Below are positions 9,428 through 20,000 of a stretch of DNA of 20,000 nt, piece after piece. The stretch spans positions 4,833,306 through 4,853,305 of the forward strand of contig MU058718.1 in NCBI GenBank assembly GCA_013265495.1. Reading direction: 5' to 3'. Made by a program: the position numbers and the translations under genes. Within the stretch, counting starts at the first letter, position 1, and each line of letters begins with the position of its first letter. The notes under the pieces are model-generated. The model was not told where the DNA came from and did no database searches. It saw nothing but the letters and a program-made list of their open reading frames with translations. This DNA comes from Vicugna vicugna (Eukaryota).

Positions 9428-9800
9428 ATTATACCAGCAAAACATTTTGAGAGCCTATTGTGTACCTGCATTGAGCTATAATGTCCCTACCCTTGAGGGC
9501 TTAAATTGTGGTGGGTGAGACTAACATGCAGACCTGCAATCACAGTATGTTTGGGTGCTATGATCCAGGTAACACGCAGGATGAGGATGCTCCAGCTGAG
9601 TTCTGAAGGAAAAGTTGGGTGAATTTTAATAGGAAAATGTTATTCAGGTATAGGGAGTGACAGTGTCTCTTTTGAGGGGGATCTCACTGATTCAGTAAGG
9701 CTGGACCATCGGCTGCAAGGAAGGACTAAGAGTGCTGAAGCTGCCGAGAAAACGTGTGGTCAGTTCACTAAGGCTTCTGGGCTGTGTTGAGGGCTGTAGG
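9428..9800 (-). mobile_element. L2 LINE 3' region
   Basis: CAAAACATTTTGAGAGCCTATTGTGTACC, GTCCCTACCCTTGAGGGCTTA, GTGCTATGAT and AGCTGAGTTCTGAAGGA match the reverse L2 3' consensus. Confidence 0.7.
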
Positions 9801-10546
9801 GAATTCCGTCTGTGAACGTTGCTGTCTCCTCTCTCCTGCAGCATTTTGAGGGTGGCAGTCGCTCAGCTGATATTGCTTCAGTTTCTGTCATTCTGTCCTG
9901 AAGATATTTGATGTGGAGTTCTCCCTGCTCCTAGATTCTGCCTTTGTTACCAGGGTAATGTATTTGAATTCCTTTCTGACTGACAGATGTGCTGAGCAGG
10001 GTGTTGCCCCTGCACAGACTCCTTCCCAGGGATTCGGTATCTGTTGGTAAGAGCCTGGCAATGAGCCTTGGGCCCTGAAACAAGGTTTTAAAATGGTCTT
10101 AATAGTCAAAGAGATAACCCATTATGGTGCACTTGAGGTCACCTGAGCCCACGAAAAACCCAGATGGGGACATTATACAGACTGTGTGATCCCACTGGGG
10201 TTAGCAGACCATGGCATCATGGGACTGTGAGCATCTGAGTCTGCCTGGTGGCTACACTCTGGAGAAATTCATGTCTGAAAGGTCTTTTGCTTAGGGAAGT
10301 GCCTTTCAGGTCTGACACTGGGTTTTCACAAAGAATAGTGAAGTTCTGTTTAGAAACTGGGGCAGTTCGTCGCTTCTGCCAGTTGAAGGTAATGAGATTC
10401 TCGCTGGGCAGGAAGATCATGGGCTGATGTGCATGAGGCTGTGGTGGTCAGACATGCCATTGGCCTTCTGGCTTTTAAGATTTATCAGTTAATTTCTCAA
10501 GAGAGCTCATCCATCTTACTTGGCAGTGACTGAGCCACTTGATGGT

Positions 10547-10804
10547 AATATTAATAATAGCAGTTAACATTGATAGAGAACTTAATATTATTCAAGGCTC
10601 CATGCTAAATGCTTTCCTTGAATCTTCACACCCTTATGAGGTAGATATGAATCATCATTCCCAGTCTACTAAGTGAGTGGATTGAGGCTGGGGAGATGGC
10701 ATCTTGCTCATGGTCATATAGATAATGCTTTGTGGGAGTGGGTTTCAGACCTACACCTGTCAGATTCCCAAGTGCATCCTCTTAATTAGAATGCCACACT
10801 GCCT
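10547..10804 (-). mobile_element. MIR SINE (MIRb-like), near full length
   Basis: AATAATAGCAGTTAACATTGATAGAGAACTTA...TGCTAAATGCTTT...CCCTTATGAGGTAG...TGAGGCT...CTTGCTCATGGTCA...CTCTTAA...CACACTGCCT. Confidence 0.8.
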
Positions 10805-12652
10805 TGGGGGTTTGGGATTTTGAGAAGTGGAACTCAGATCTGGAGTGGTTGGTCAGGCTGTCATTTTCTATGCTACAGACACCAGTATGCAACTTGAATG
10901 CAACTTTGTTGACTCTAAAGTTTTTCTCTACCCTAGAAATCTTGTTATTGCCCACTTTTTAATAAAAAACATGCACAGAGAGGTCTTGGGATAAGATGGA
11001 GCTGATGATCATTTTGGATACATTAGTCTCCTTTCTAAATGGCTTACGTCAACTGGTATGGAATAGAAATGTGGAGTGGGAGGTACAGATGAAGATAAGC
11101 AGTGAGTACAGATGGGTAGAGCAGCATCTGAGATGTAGACTGGGTGCAGCTGACAAGGGTCAGAAAGAGGAGCTCATGGGAGAGCTCACAGTTTGTCACA
11201 GGAGCATGAATGTGTGTTCCAATGAGCAGACATTTTCTCCCTATGAAATCCATGTCCATCTAGCCCTGCTTGAATCTTGCCATTCTGATCAGGTGGAAGG
11301 AACCAAAGAATGCACTTGTTCAATAAAACCTCAGTGGTATCTGAAGTGCCAAGAACCTATGAACATAGTGCTAAACGCTATAACCTTGGGTGGGAGTTGA
11401 ACTTGGAAGCTGAGGCAGGCAGAAATAGACTTGGTACAGAACTGTGACTTTGTAGATCCCTGAGCAGCTTGGTAATTCTGCCCAGTTCATATTTTTATTA
11501 GGTTACCTGTTTGTTGTAGTTTTTGCCTTTTCTTAACTGGAAGCCTGTTTATCTCTTTATCAGGATGAGCCCTAAAAATGAAGAAAGGCTATTTTCCAAT
11601 ATATCACCTCCTTATTTTAGGCACAGTATTGTTTTGGGCATGACGTTTGGCTAAGTTTCAAATATTTGTCTCTTGAAATCAAAACAATAAGAAACAAAAT
11701 GAAATTTAGTTATTTATTAAGGGAAAGTGAATGTTACTTTATTATACATGACATTAATAAAAACCAAGTAAAGTGTTAAAAAAAAGGTTACTAAGTCAGT
11801 ACTATTTATTTGTCTATTTTAAGTGGAGTTGTAAAATCATGTATGATTTTTTCTAAAGGGTAGTACTTTAAATCTACTACTTGATGGGGATAAGCTAAGC
11901 TGATAGTGTCCTCTGTCTTTATGATCTGAAACACACGGTTTGGGGTCTGTGGGCAGATATGCTGGTGATGACAGCCCATGCTTTCTGAGCTATGATGAGA
12001 TACACGTTGGCTGGAATACTTGGGAATGATGGTGGTTTAACTCCCCCTATTAAGTTTATGATGTCGTCCACGGTTAGAACTTACTCCTAATGGTGGCAAT
12101 ATCTCACATTTACAAGGCACTTTCATCATGCAGAGTTCCAGAGTGCCCTCTGAGCGTATGTTTACAGGGACAACTATTCTCTGTGATGCAGCCATTTCTT
12201 AGGAGTGCGACAACACGCATAAGGCCCCAGCCGTGTGGTGCCCACCAAGAACACAGGTGATAATAACAGTCACTCAAGACTTAATTTTAAAGCAACATAA
12301 TCTACTCACCCAATTCGACAGGCACACGGATATTAACATCCTTCAAAAGGTTTTTAGAGAGCCTGTGATGATTATGAAGTTATGCTTGAATTTTATGTGA
12401 CCCTTGATAGAACACTGTCTCTTAATGTCTTGCCAACTTAGTATTTTTATTTTCAGTGGTAATAGTTCTCTCTTCTGACTTAGTGAAAAATAGATGTTGT
12501 ATGTTCCCTCTACTACCCATATGTTCTTTGGAAATTTCTAATTTTTGTATTGCCTTTGTTTATGTTTGTGCGGGTTTCCTCATTAGGAACTAATTACCAT
12601 GTCCTGGAAGGATACCAGAGAGCCTTTTAAATTCCTTCCAGATATCTGCCTT

Positions 12653-13364
12653 CATAAAGGCAAATACAAATGAAAAATAAGAGGCTTAATTCTACCTGTT
12701 GAAAATAGAGACTCTTCCCTTTTCTTAGAAGATTTATTTTAGAAAATTTGTAATTTCAGTTTCCTCTGTCTCTTTGAAATGCATGTAAACACCTTTTAAA
12801 GCTAAATAAGTCTCTTATCAGTTTCTTTTTTTGACCCAAGAATGTCTTTCTCAAGGACCTGGAAGCAATTCTTGGAAATATAATCATCAAGGAAGACAGT
12901 GCCTCTAGTTTCCCAGTTTCTATAAGAGAGTAGAGGCTCACTTCACAGGGTGCCGGCCTCCAAAACCACCTCATATCATAAAGATATGGGAGAATTATTT
13001 TTTTTTTAAAGATAAAACCATCTAGCTAGCACCGATGGTCACTTTAATTACCAAGTGGGTATCAGATGAACCATGTGTGACAAATGGTGCTGCCAAGTCC
13101 TGAGGCACTAGTTGTTTTTTCACCTGAGGACTAGTTATTTTTATATATCTACGTGTGTGTGTGTGTGTGTCGTGGGTTGTATCTGCTTGGGAGTAAACAG
13201 TGAGATTTCTTTCTGTCTTTGCAGTCTCTTAGTGGATTGTCTGTGATGTGCTTCACATTCTGGTTTAATGCTTATTTAGCAATAAAACTGTTTTCTTTAT
13301 CACTTTTGCTGAGAGCTTTTCTAGATTGGCAGGGGATTTTGTTTTTAATTGTATTTCCCCAACA
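12653..13364 (+). mobile_element. ERV1-class solo LTR, MER67C-like (MER4/MER34 group), ~712 bp
   Basis: Starts CATAAAGGCAAATACAAATGAAAAATAAGAGGCTTAATTCT with a mutated TG terminus. Contains GAATGTCTTTCTCAAGGACCTGG and AATAAA at 13281-13286, and ends TATTTCCCCAACA. Flanks CCTT/GCTT form a 3/4 TSD. Subfamily is from memory. Confidence 0.75.
13153..13170. repeat. (GT)9 microsatellite inside the LTR
   Basis: Read directly from the sequence. Confidence 0.95.
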
Positions 13365-13609
13365 GCTTCCTTTGTGGAAGTGCCATTGGGTGATTAGTAA
13401 AGGTTTATTAAAATAGCCTAGGCACAGCTGTTAGAATTTCTTGTGTCATGAAAAAATTAGTGCAGCCGAACTGCGCTGAGGATTGTTCCATGTGCTTTAA
13501 TATATTTTTCTTCTGATTCGAAAACCTGAGAGATGTCAGTTTCATTTTCTTGTACATTTTAAAAGATAAAAAGATAACTATTCAAACAATAATACATTAG
13601 TTATCATTA

Positions 13610-14151
13610 TGTTACCCAAAAAGAGGAAGGGAAAAACCTCGGTTCTTGTCTTGCCTGAAAGAGAAGAATTCAGATGGGAGATGTAAGCATTGTGTAGTGA
13701 AAGATTTTAAAGATTTAATAAGTAGAGCAAAAGTACACCTCCAGGAACAGGAGGCGGGCTGATCCAAGGGAGGACGGCAGTGGTCTTTGTCCCCTTCTCT
13801 TACACTCTCGCTTAGAGGCGGTCTCTTGATTGCCGGCTCTTGCCCCTGGAGTGCTTGGTCATGCTCATCCCCTTTTGTGCATGTCTTTACCCATGATGTA
13901 CACAGAAAGGCCCATAGGGGAGACCTAAACTGCAGTGTCTATTTTATTACAATGAGCATCAGGTCATGTACAGTTAGGTCCTTGCTACCACGCAGTTGCG
14001 GCTGTTGGGTTCTAACCGGTTTTGTTGCTGGCACTCTTTAGAGGAAGTAAAGCCCCTTTATGTGAAGGCAGGCATACCACCATCTTCTGGACCATCCTCT
14101 TTCTCCTCCACCAGATCTGTCTGGTGCCCCCACTTACCTAATTACCTATCA
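13610..14151 (-). mobile_element. ERV1-class solo LTR, 542 bp, family not identified
   Basis: TG (13610) ... CA (14151) termini with a perfect 4-bp TSD ATTA at 13606-13609 and 14152-14155. A sharp GC/CpG rise lies between AT-rich flanks. A minus-strand ATTAAA (13714-13719) sits about 105 bp from the left end. Confidence 0.75.
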
Positions 14152-15066
14152 ATTATATACATTTTATATATTTTATAAAATACCATGGAGGGCTGGTGTT
14201 AAAATTCCCTAAATTTCACTTCTGAGATTGAGCCTTTGACTCCTTCTCCTGCCATCTGCCTCTAAACCTTCGCACCTGCTTGGAATCCTTTTCTTTTTCC
14301 CTTCTTCACCGATGTTGGGGGAAGTCTGCCTAGATGGGAAGGGTGGAGCTAGGGAAGATGCTGTGTGCCTGTAGGCTCTACTGTTGCTTGGTGGCCACTC
14401 AGTATGCCAAGTCATTAAACCAGAGCAAGGCTAAAGACTGTTAAGACAAATTCTTTTTGATCTCTTTCCATCAACATTTGGCCAGAATAAGCATACCTCT
14501 TTTTATTTAATTTTTTTTCTTTGCCACATTCAAATAATTAATTAAAAAAATTCAAGTCTTTCCAATAAGCTTTCGGCTTCCATTTTTCATCAACATTTAA
14601 TGAGATTTAAATATAATTTATATAATATAGTGAGCACAGAGCGCATGGAAGGGAGTCAGTGCTAGGTGTTATTAGGTATTGTAGGCCACATAATGGGGAA
14701 GGTGGAGGTGGAGGGAAGATGGGGAGGAATACGGTGACCTTAAATGCAGTATTATATCACTTTTATGTAAACTTAAGAAAATTCTATAATCCCTCTCTGA
14801 GTCTGTCTTCTCATTTTCTGGGTGTGAATAATGCTAGATGACGTATTAAAATCGGAAAGAGTTTTGAAGGTAAGATCAGAAAGCAGAATGGAAGAGGTGA
14901 GTTCCTGGAGAGGGCTTTGGTGGCCTCCCCTCTTGCCTTCAGGATAAATCCCAGGTACAAAGGCCCAGGGAGGTACGTGATTCAAGCTTTCTCCTCAGCC
15001 AGTTCTGTTGACTCACACACAGTTTTTCTAACCAGCGCTCAAGAAGCACTTAATTGTGCACCTCAG

Positions 15067-15094
15067 CACTGGTCCTCAAATGAACTTCATCAGA
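15067..15094. mobile_element. MER5A-like hAT-Charlie DNA transposon, left end
   Basis: CACTGGTCCTCAAATGAACTTCATCAGAA resembles the MER5 terminus CAGTGGTTCTCAAA...CATCAGAATC. The match is short and relies on the right part at 15389-15504. Confidence 0.5.
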
Positions 15095-15215
15095 AGGGTG
15101 CACACTTCCAGTTACAGATGAATATGTCCCAGGGATGTCATGTCCAGCATGGTGACTGTAAGTTAACAGTACTGTACTGTACCTTGGAAGTTGTTAAGAA
15201 GTCTTGAACCTTCTC

Positions 15216-15249
<34 letters not shown>

Positions 15250-15388
15250 GTGAGGTAATGAATTTTTAAATTTTTTTCTTGTGGTTACCAGTTTGCAATA
15301 TATATGTGTATCAAATCATCACATTGTGTAACTGAAACTTGGGTAGTGTTATATATCAGATATGTCTTACTAAAGCTGCAAAAAAAAA
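15095..15388 (+). mobile_element. L1 3' end, L1MA9-like, with A-tail
   Basis: ACTTCCAGTTACAGATGAATATGTCCCAGGGATGTCATGTCCAGCATGGTGACTGTAAGTTAAC...TGTGAGGTAATG...TATCAAATCATCACATTGTGTA...TAAAGCTGCAAAAAAAA. Confidence 0.85.
15217..15247. repeat. (AC)15 microsatellite within the L1 3' UTR
   Basis: Uninterrupted AC run read directly. Confidence 0.95.
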
Positions 15389-15504
15389 GATACCTTGGGG
15401 GAAGTTGCCAGGCTGATGGAATCAGAATCATGGGGGTTGGGGCTTGGATATTTGCATTTGAAAACTGCCTAGGTAATTCTTATGTTCATTATATTTGAAG
15501 ATTA
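15389..15504. mobile_element. MER5A-like hAT-Charlie DNA transposon, right part
   Basis: GAATCAGAATCATGGGGGTTGGGGCTTGGATATTTGCATTTGAAAACTGCCTAGGTAATTCTTATG...TTTGAAGA matches the recalled MER5 body. Confidence 0.7.
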
Positions 15505-15686
15505 TTTTTTTTAAAAACTTTTTTATTTTTCAGTAGAGGAAGATAACCAAGGTGAGCCAGCTTTCCGTGTTAATCTTAGTCTGGTTTCCTTCTGCCATTG
15601 GGGATACCTTTTCTTGCCACCTATACTTAAATATGTGAACTGATTCCAGAATCAGCTTAAACTAATTTAGCAATTGTGTGGTTAGA

Positions 15687-16013
15687 TTTTTTTTACATTG
15701 AGATATACTTGATTTACAATATTACATTATTAGTTTCAGATGTAGAGCCTAGTGATTCAAAATATTTATAGATTATTCTCCATTTAAAGCTATTATAAAA
15801 TATTGGCTGTATTCCCTGTGCTGCACGATATTATCTTTGTAGCTTGTTTTACACATAGTGGTTTGTATCTCTTGCTCTCCTACCCGTCTTCCCCATCCTC
15901 CCATCCCTTTCCCCGTTGGCAACCACCAGTTTGTTCTCTGTGAGTTTGTTTCTGTTTTGTTACATTCACTAGTTTTATTGTTTAAAGTCCACATATAAGT
16001 GATAATATACAGT
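15687..16013 (-). mobile_element. Cetartiodactyl-type L1 3' end
   Basis: A T-tract is followed by ATTGAGATATACTTGATTTACAATATT...AGTTTCAG...AGTGATTCA...AAATATTGGCTGTATTCCCTGTGCTG...CCAGTTTGTTCTCTGTGAG...CCACATATAAGTGATAATATACAGT. Confidence 0.85.
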
Positions 16014-16912
16014 TAAAAGTTCTAAAGGATTCATTCTTAGGTCAAAAGTTGGTCTTCCACTTGGACTGTGCACTTCTATCTGTTAGCCTGCAGACTTGGA
16101 CATTGCTCCTATGGAGATATCTCCACCGTCCTTTGCATCAGGAGGGGCTCTGCTGTCTGTCCTCAGCACCAGAGAGGGGACAGTCAGCCACACAGGGAGC
16201 TGGATCAGTGCCCCGGACAGCACCCCCGCAGTCACTGCTGTGCTGGCACCAGACCAGGCAGCCACCCCCCACCTGCATCTTGTTTCAGGTGTAGAACAGG
16301 AAACTGCATTCCCGAGATCTGCCCTTGCAAATATATTTATCTGTAGCTCTGCAGTGGTAGCAGGAGCATGAGGCTAAACGTTAAAAATGGAATTTTCTCG
16401 GTGAACCAAGCGGGGAATTTTTCATTTTATTCATCATTCACCTGCCACTGCAGCAAGTTTCTCCCAATCCCTCCCGAAGTTTTAACACAAAAGATGGAGA
16501 TTGGGAGGTGTGTGAGGTATTGATGCCACGGTTAGAGAGTTCAATACGTTGAACAGAAGCAGAGAGATTTCATTTTCCAAACAGCAGCAGCAAACAGCCC
16601 TGACCAAACAGCTCTACTTATTTGATGGCAGTGGAAAAGAGAGAGTCTGCCTGGTTCCTGAGCTGACTGGCACGGAGGGAGGCTAGAGAAGATGCTGGCC
16701 CAGTCTATGTGTGTTCTGACACATTGAGGAAACATTATTCCATAAAATAAGTTTATTTCTGATGTCAATTGATTTGCTCAGGTGCACTCCTTTGCTTCAC
16801 GCTTGAAGACAGATGAACACAAGTGGGGAAAGTCATACTTAGAACTGCCCTCTCTGGAGCTGCTGTGTTGTGCTGGGGACCACATGGTAGCTACAGCGGA
16901 GTGCAGAGTCTG

Positions 16913-17022
16913 GCAGTACCTACTTCATGAGGTTGTTTTAAAAAAGGAAAGGAGAGAGTGCAAGTGAGATACTTAACATTGTACCTGATGCAAAGAAAGT
17001 GCTGGATGAAGACTGGTTATTC
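16913..17022 (+). mobile_element. MIR 3'-half fragment
   Basis: CAGTACCTACTTCATGAGGTTGTT...ACTTAACATTGTACCTG...AAAGTGCT...GGTTATT follows the MIR 3' consensus. Confidence 0.6.
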
Positions 17023-17044
17023 AATTTTATTATTGATGCTTTGA

Positions 17045-17250
17045 GAGGCAGCCTAGTGTAGCAAGGTTAAAAGTCCAAGCTCTGACTCCTGCCTGCCTGG
17101 GTTTCAGTCTTGGCCCTGTGACCATGGGCAAGTGAAACTCTGGGCCTCAGCCCTCTCCTGCAAAATGGGAATAATGATACTGTTTCCACCGTGAGGCTGT
17201 TATGAGGACTAAATGTGTCTAAAATAATGCATGCTACAGAATGCAACGTG
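17045..17250 (+). mobile_element. MIR SINE
   Basis: GAGGCAGCCTAGTGTAG...GGTTAAAAG...CTGCCTGGGTTTCAGTCTTGGC...TGTGACCATGGGCAAGT...CTGGGCCTCAG...CTGCAAAATGGGAATAATGATAC...GAGGACTAAATG. Confidence 0.85.
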
Positions 17251-17267
17251 TTTGTCATTAAAAAAAA

Positions 17268-17420
17268 AATGCTTTACATGACCTATTGCTAATGCTCAGA
17301 AAAAACGGCGGGTATTGTCTGCTTTTTATAGAGGAGGAGGATAACCAGGCACACGGTTTCTAAGTGCTAGAGGCACAATTTGAACTGCAATCCCCCTGCC
17401 TCCAAAGCCCATACTCTCCC
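17268..17420 (-). mobile_element. MIR SINE, degenerate with internal deletion
   Basis: AATGCTTTACATG...TAATGCTCA...TTTTATAGAGGAGGA...AAGTGCTAGAGGCACAATTTGAACT...CTGCCTCCAAAGCCCATACTCT. Confidence 0.65.
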
Positions 17421-19150
17421 CAGAAGCAGGGCTGCCATCTAGCAAGCAAAGTTCTAAATCCCCTTAGTGCTTTTTAAAACTTTTATCCCACATTTGGCTT
17501 CTTTGACTTATTAGCCTGAAAAATTACTGTGTTACCTTCATGAGAGAGGTTTTGTTCACATCTTACTTGCCCATCACTTGATTTATTTGAGGCTGAACCT
17601 GAGATTTTATTATTAGTGTTGTGGTTATTATTACCATTTTTAGAGCTCGGTTGTATGGGCTTCTAAAAACAAAAACTAACGTTTTTATTGCTAAATAGTA
17701 AGTCTTTTATTACTAAATCTCTACTGTTTAAGACACTGAGTTGAAAATTAGGAAGAAAAATTTAAATGGTTTTTACTTTCTATTTTCATAATTTATTTTT
17801 ACTTTTTATAAGCATATTTTATGACAGTTGTGCAGTATTTAGCATGTCTTTGTATGGAAATTTTTGGAAATTAGGATTTTAGGAAAGGGCTAAGAGAGGT
17901 TTCCTTTTATTTATTTATTTTTTGTCAGTTTCTGTTGAAGGGATTGGAGAGGACGCATTTATGGCTTTGAGGACATGTTGGGTTATAACAAACTCACATG
18001 ATAAATTGGAAAGAGCAATTCATTCATACACCCGAGGTTGGGGTGCCCTCGTAGTGCAGATACTTAGCTTGGAGAGGGCCATGCGATTGAGGCATGGCTC
18101 CATCCCCTGGGACACTGAGGGACGGGAGCTTATGTGAAGCAATACACACATGTTGGGCATGATCAGCACCACCCAGCAGAAGAGAGGCTGCTTACTCATT
18201 GGTTCCAGTTCCTCTTATCCTATTAAACACCTTAAAACCTGGGCATCAGAAGCCAGTTTTTTTCCCCTTATCATGGTAAGGCCATGAGTTGGCTTTAGCT
18301 ATCCACCTCCTCCCCACGTCTTAATCTTTATAATGGGTAATTGACACCTCTTAATTCTTCTGTAGAATCTACGCAAACACGATTTAAGGTGCCTCCCTCC
18401 CTCCCAGCAGGATATTTTCCCCTAAGTCCCTACTGCAAGAAAATTCCTGAGCTGCCACTGTTTCTCACTGATAGAGCATCTCTGTAAAAAATTAGACTTG
18501 CAGATGGGATCTCACTTTGGTCTCTATTGTTTAAGACCCTGTAATCTGATCTTTTATGGTGTTTTCCTACTGTCTATTCTGTAAGTTAAATTTCCCCCTC
18601 CCAGTTACCCTGGAACATGTAGGTGTTGAGGATATTGTCTGAAACATCACTGCTTTATTATAAAGCTCCTGGATTCCTCTGCTCTTGTCAGCTCTTGGGT
18701 GAGCCCTGATGTTACAGTCTGTTAACAGAATTAACTGCCCTAACTCTTTGCTTAATGAGGAAAGTAAATTTCAGTGATAGATCAATTAAGCAGATGTATT
18801 GATCTGTTGTGAATTTTACTGGCTTCTTTTCTCATATTAAGAAATTGTATAGATTCAAAAATACATAGGTTATCAAAATTTTACTTTCTACAGATTATTT
18901 CCATGCCCTCCCCGCTTGTCCTTGGTTCTGTGTTTGTCCTTCTAAGGCAAAATTTACAATATGCTATTTTACTTGTAGAGTTAGAGACAAGATATCCATA
19001 TATTTTTCTAACTCTACTTCCAATCTTCCTTTGAACCTAACATCCAGCCTCATTTATCACTTATAAAGGCACTTTGAATAAAAGGGACAGAGTACAAATG
19101 CCAACAATGTGTCATTTCACTACACCTGTAATGAAACTATTGTTAATGGT

Positions 19151-19242
19151 TCTATCTATCTATCTATCCATCCATCCACCCACCTACCTATCCATCCATC
19201 CATCCATCCACCTACCTATCCATCCATCAACCTATCTATCCA
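19151..19242. repeat. Compound tetranucleotide microsatellite (TCTA/TCCA/CCTA), ~23 units
   Basis: (TCTA)4(TCCA)3 CCCA (CCTA)2 (TCCA)5 (CCTA)2 (TCCA)2 TCAA CCTA TCTA TCCA. Confidence 0.95.
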
Positions 19243-19743
19243 GCCTGAAAAGGACAGAAAAAATTTATAAGAAGTCGTCTTTGGTATTCTTTTCTGAGAA
19301 TTCTTTCTCATCATAAAATCTTATAAAAGGTTTACACAGCTTAGAGCAAGTGAAACATCAGTGAAGGATGCTGTATTAATGGATGTAGGGACAATGAAAA
19401 TGATGTGTTTGAACTAGGAATAAATTGGTTCAGTCTGGTGGTGCATAAATTCTATCAGGCCAGTTGGACACAGTTTAATAAATTTTGTTTCATTGCATGA
19501 AATGCTTACCCATTAGCTGGAAAGAGTGGTAGTGTCTCTGAGAAGGAAGAAAGAGCTACAAGAGCAAATTACAAAATGTGTAGACCAGATTCACCTACCA
19601 ACCAGAGGCAGTAAGATTTTGAGGAATAGGAAACATGGAGTACAAAACAATATATTGCTGGTGAAGTCTGGAGCAGAGCTGGTCTAACTCCCCTGGTTTG
19701 GCATCTCTGCCACCTGAAGTCCTCTTACTTTAGGTTTGGCAAG

Positions 19744-20000
19744 TGTATGAACTTTGTGTTGCTGTGTAACAGATGACTGCAAATTTCATGGCTTAAAACA
19801 GCACACGGTGATCATCTCACAGCTTCTGTGTGTTGGGAGTGTAGGCAAGACCTAGCTGGGTCCTCAGAAACAATATAGTTAAAGTGTTGGCCGGGACAGT
19901 GGGTCAGCTTCCAAACTCACTCAGATTATTGACAAATGTCATTTCTTTGCAATTGGAAGACGGAGAGCCCCAGTGTGCTGCTGAGCTGACCGCAGCTCCC
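19744..20000 (-). mobile_element. MaLR LTR, MLT1 family (E/F/G-like), truncated by the window edge
   Basis: TTGCTGTGTAACA...TGGCTTAAAACAGCAC...ATCTCACAGCTTCTGTG...TAGCTGGGTCCTC...AAGTGTTGGCCGGG...CTTCCAAACTCACTCA. These are the same blocks as in the MLT1 at 99-626. Confidence 0.8.

Noticed and set aside
10310..10388. Possible 79-nt exon (CCTTTCAG|...AAG|GTAATG)
   Set aside because: The pyrimidine tract is short, the peptide SDTGFSQRIVKFCLETGAVRRFCQLK is not recognised, and there are no supported partner exons.
10996..11400. Longest ORF, 134 aa with ATG start
   Set aside because: No recognisable family or motif, and a frame of this length can arise by chance in 20 kb. Blastp or PhyloCSF would be needed to revive it.
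14838..14875. Strong donor GAAG|GTAAGA with a possible micro-exon
   Set aside because: The upstream acceptor is weak, and isolated consensus donors are common in introns.
15773..15994. 73-aa minus-strand ORF
   Set aside because: It lies wholly within the 3' end of an L1 fragment.
18280..18370. Possible very old MIR3-like fragment
   Set aside because: The similarity (CTTTATAATGGGTAATTGACACCTC) is too weak to call by eye.
19074..19316. 80-aa ORF with SIHP repeats
   Set aside because: It is a translation artefact of the TCTA/TCCA microsatellite.
1..20000. A novel multi-gene or defence-type biological system
   Set aside because: There are no credible coding genes, operon structure or structured RNA genes. 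Known mammalian repeat classes and unique non-coding DNA account for the window.

Overview
This window is AT-rich, CpG-poor mammalian non-coding DNA (intronic or intergenic), not prokaryotic sequence. I can support no protein-coding gene, RNA gene or CRISPR array, and the listed ORFs look like chance frames, many inside repeats. A large part of the window is interspersed repeats: ancient eutherian MIR, L2, MLT1, MER5, LTR41-like and old L1/HAL1 remnants, plus three ERV1-type solo LTRs (two with perfect 4-bp target-site duplications) and young L1 3' ends. Those L1 ends resemble camelid L1, so the source is probably a cetartiodactyl, most likely a camel, alpaca or llama (inference). The most notable structures seen directly are an A-B-inverted A-B micro-rearrangement at 6297-6448, three nested insertions, a MER41-like solo LTR with STAT/NR4A-type motifs, a tail-to-tail MIR pair and a 12-bp perfect hairpin. 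I found no evidence for a new multi-gene biological system. Repeat family names come from recalled consensus sequences and need confirming with RepeatMasker/Dfam. Boundaries without a TSD are approximate.
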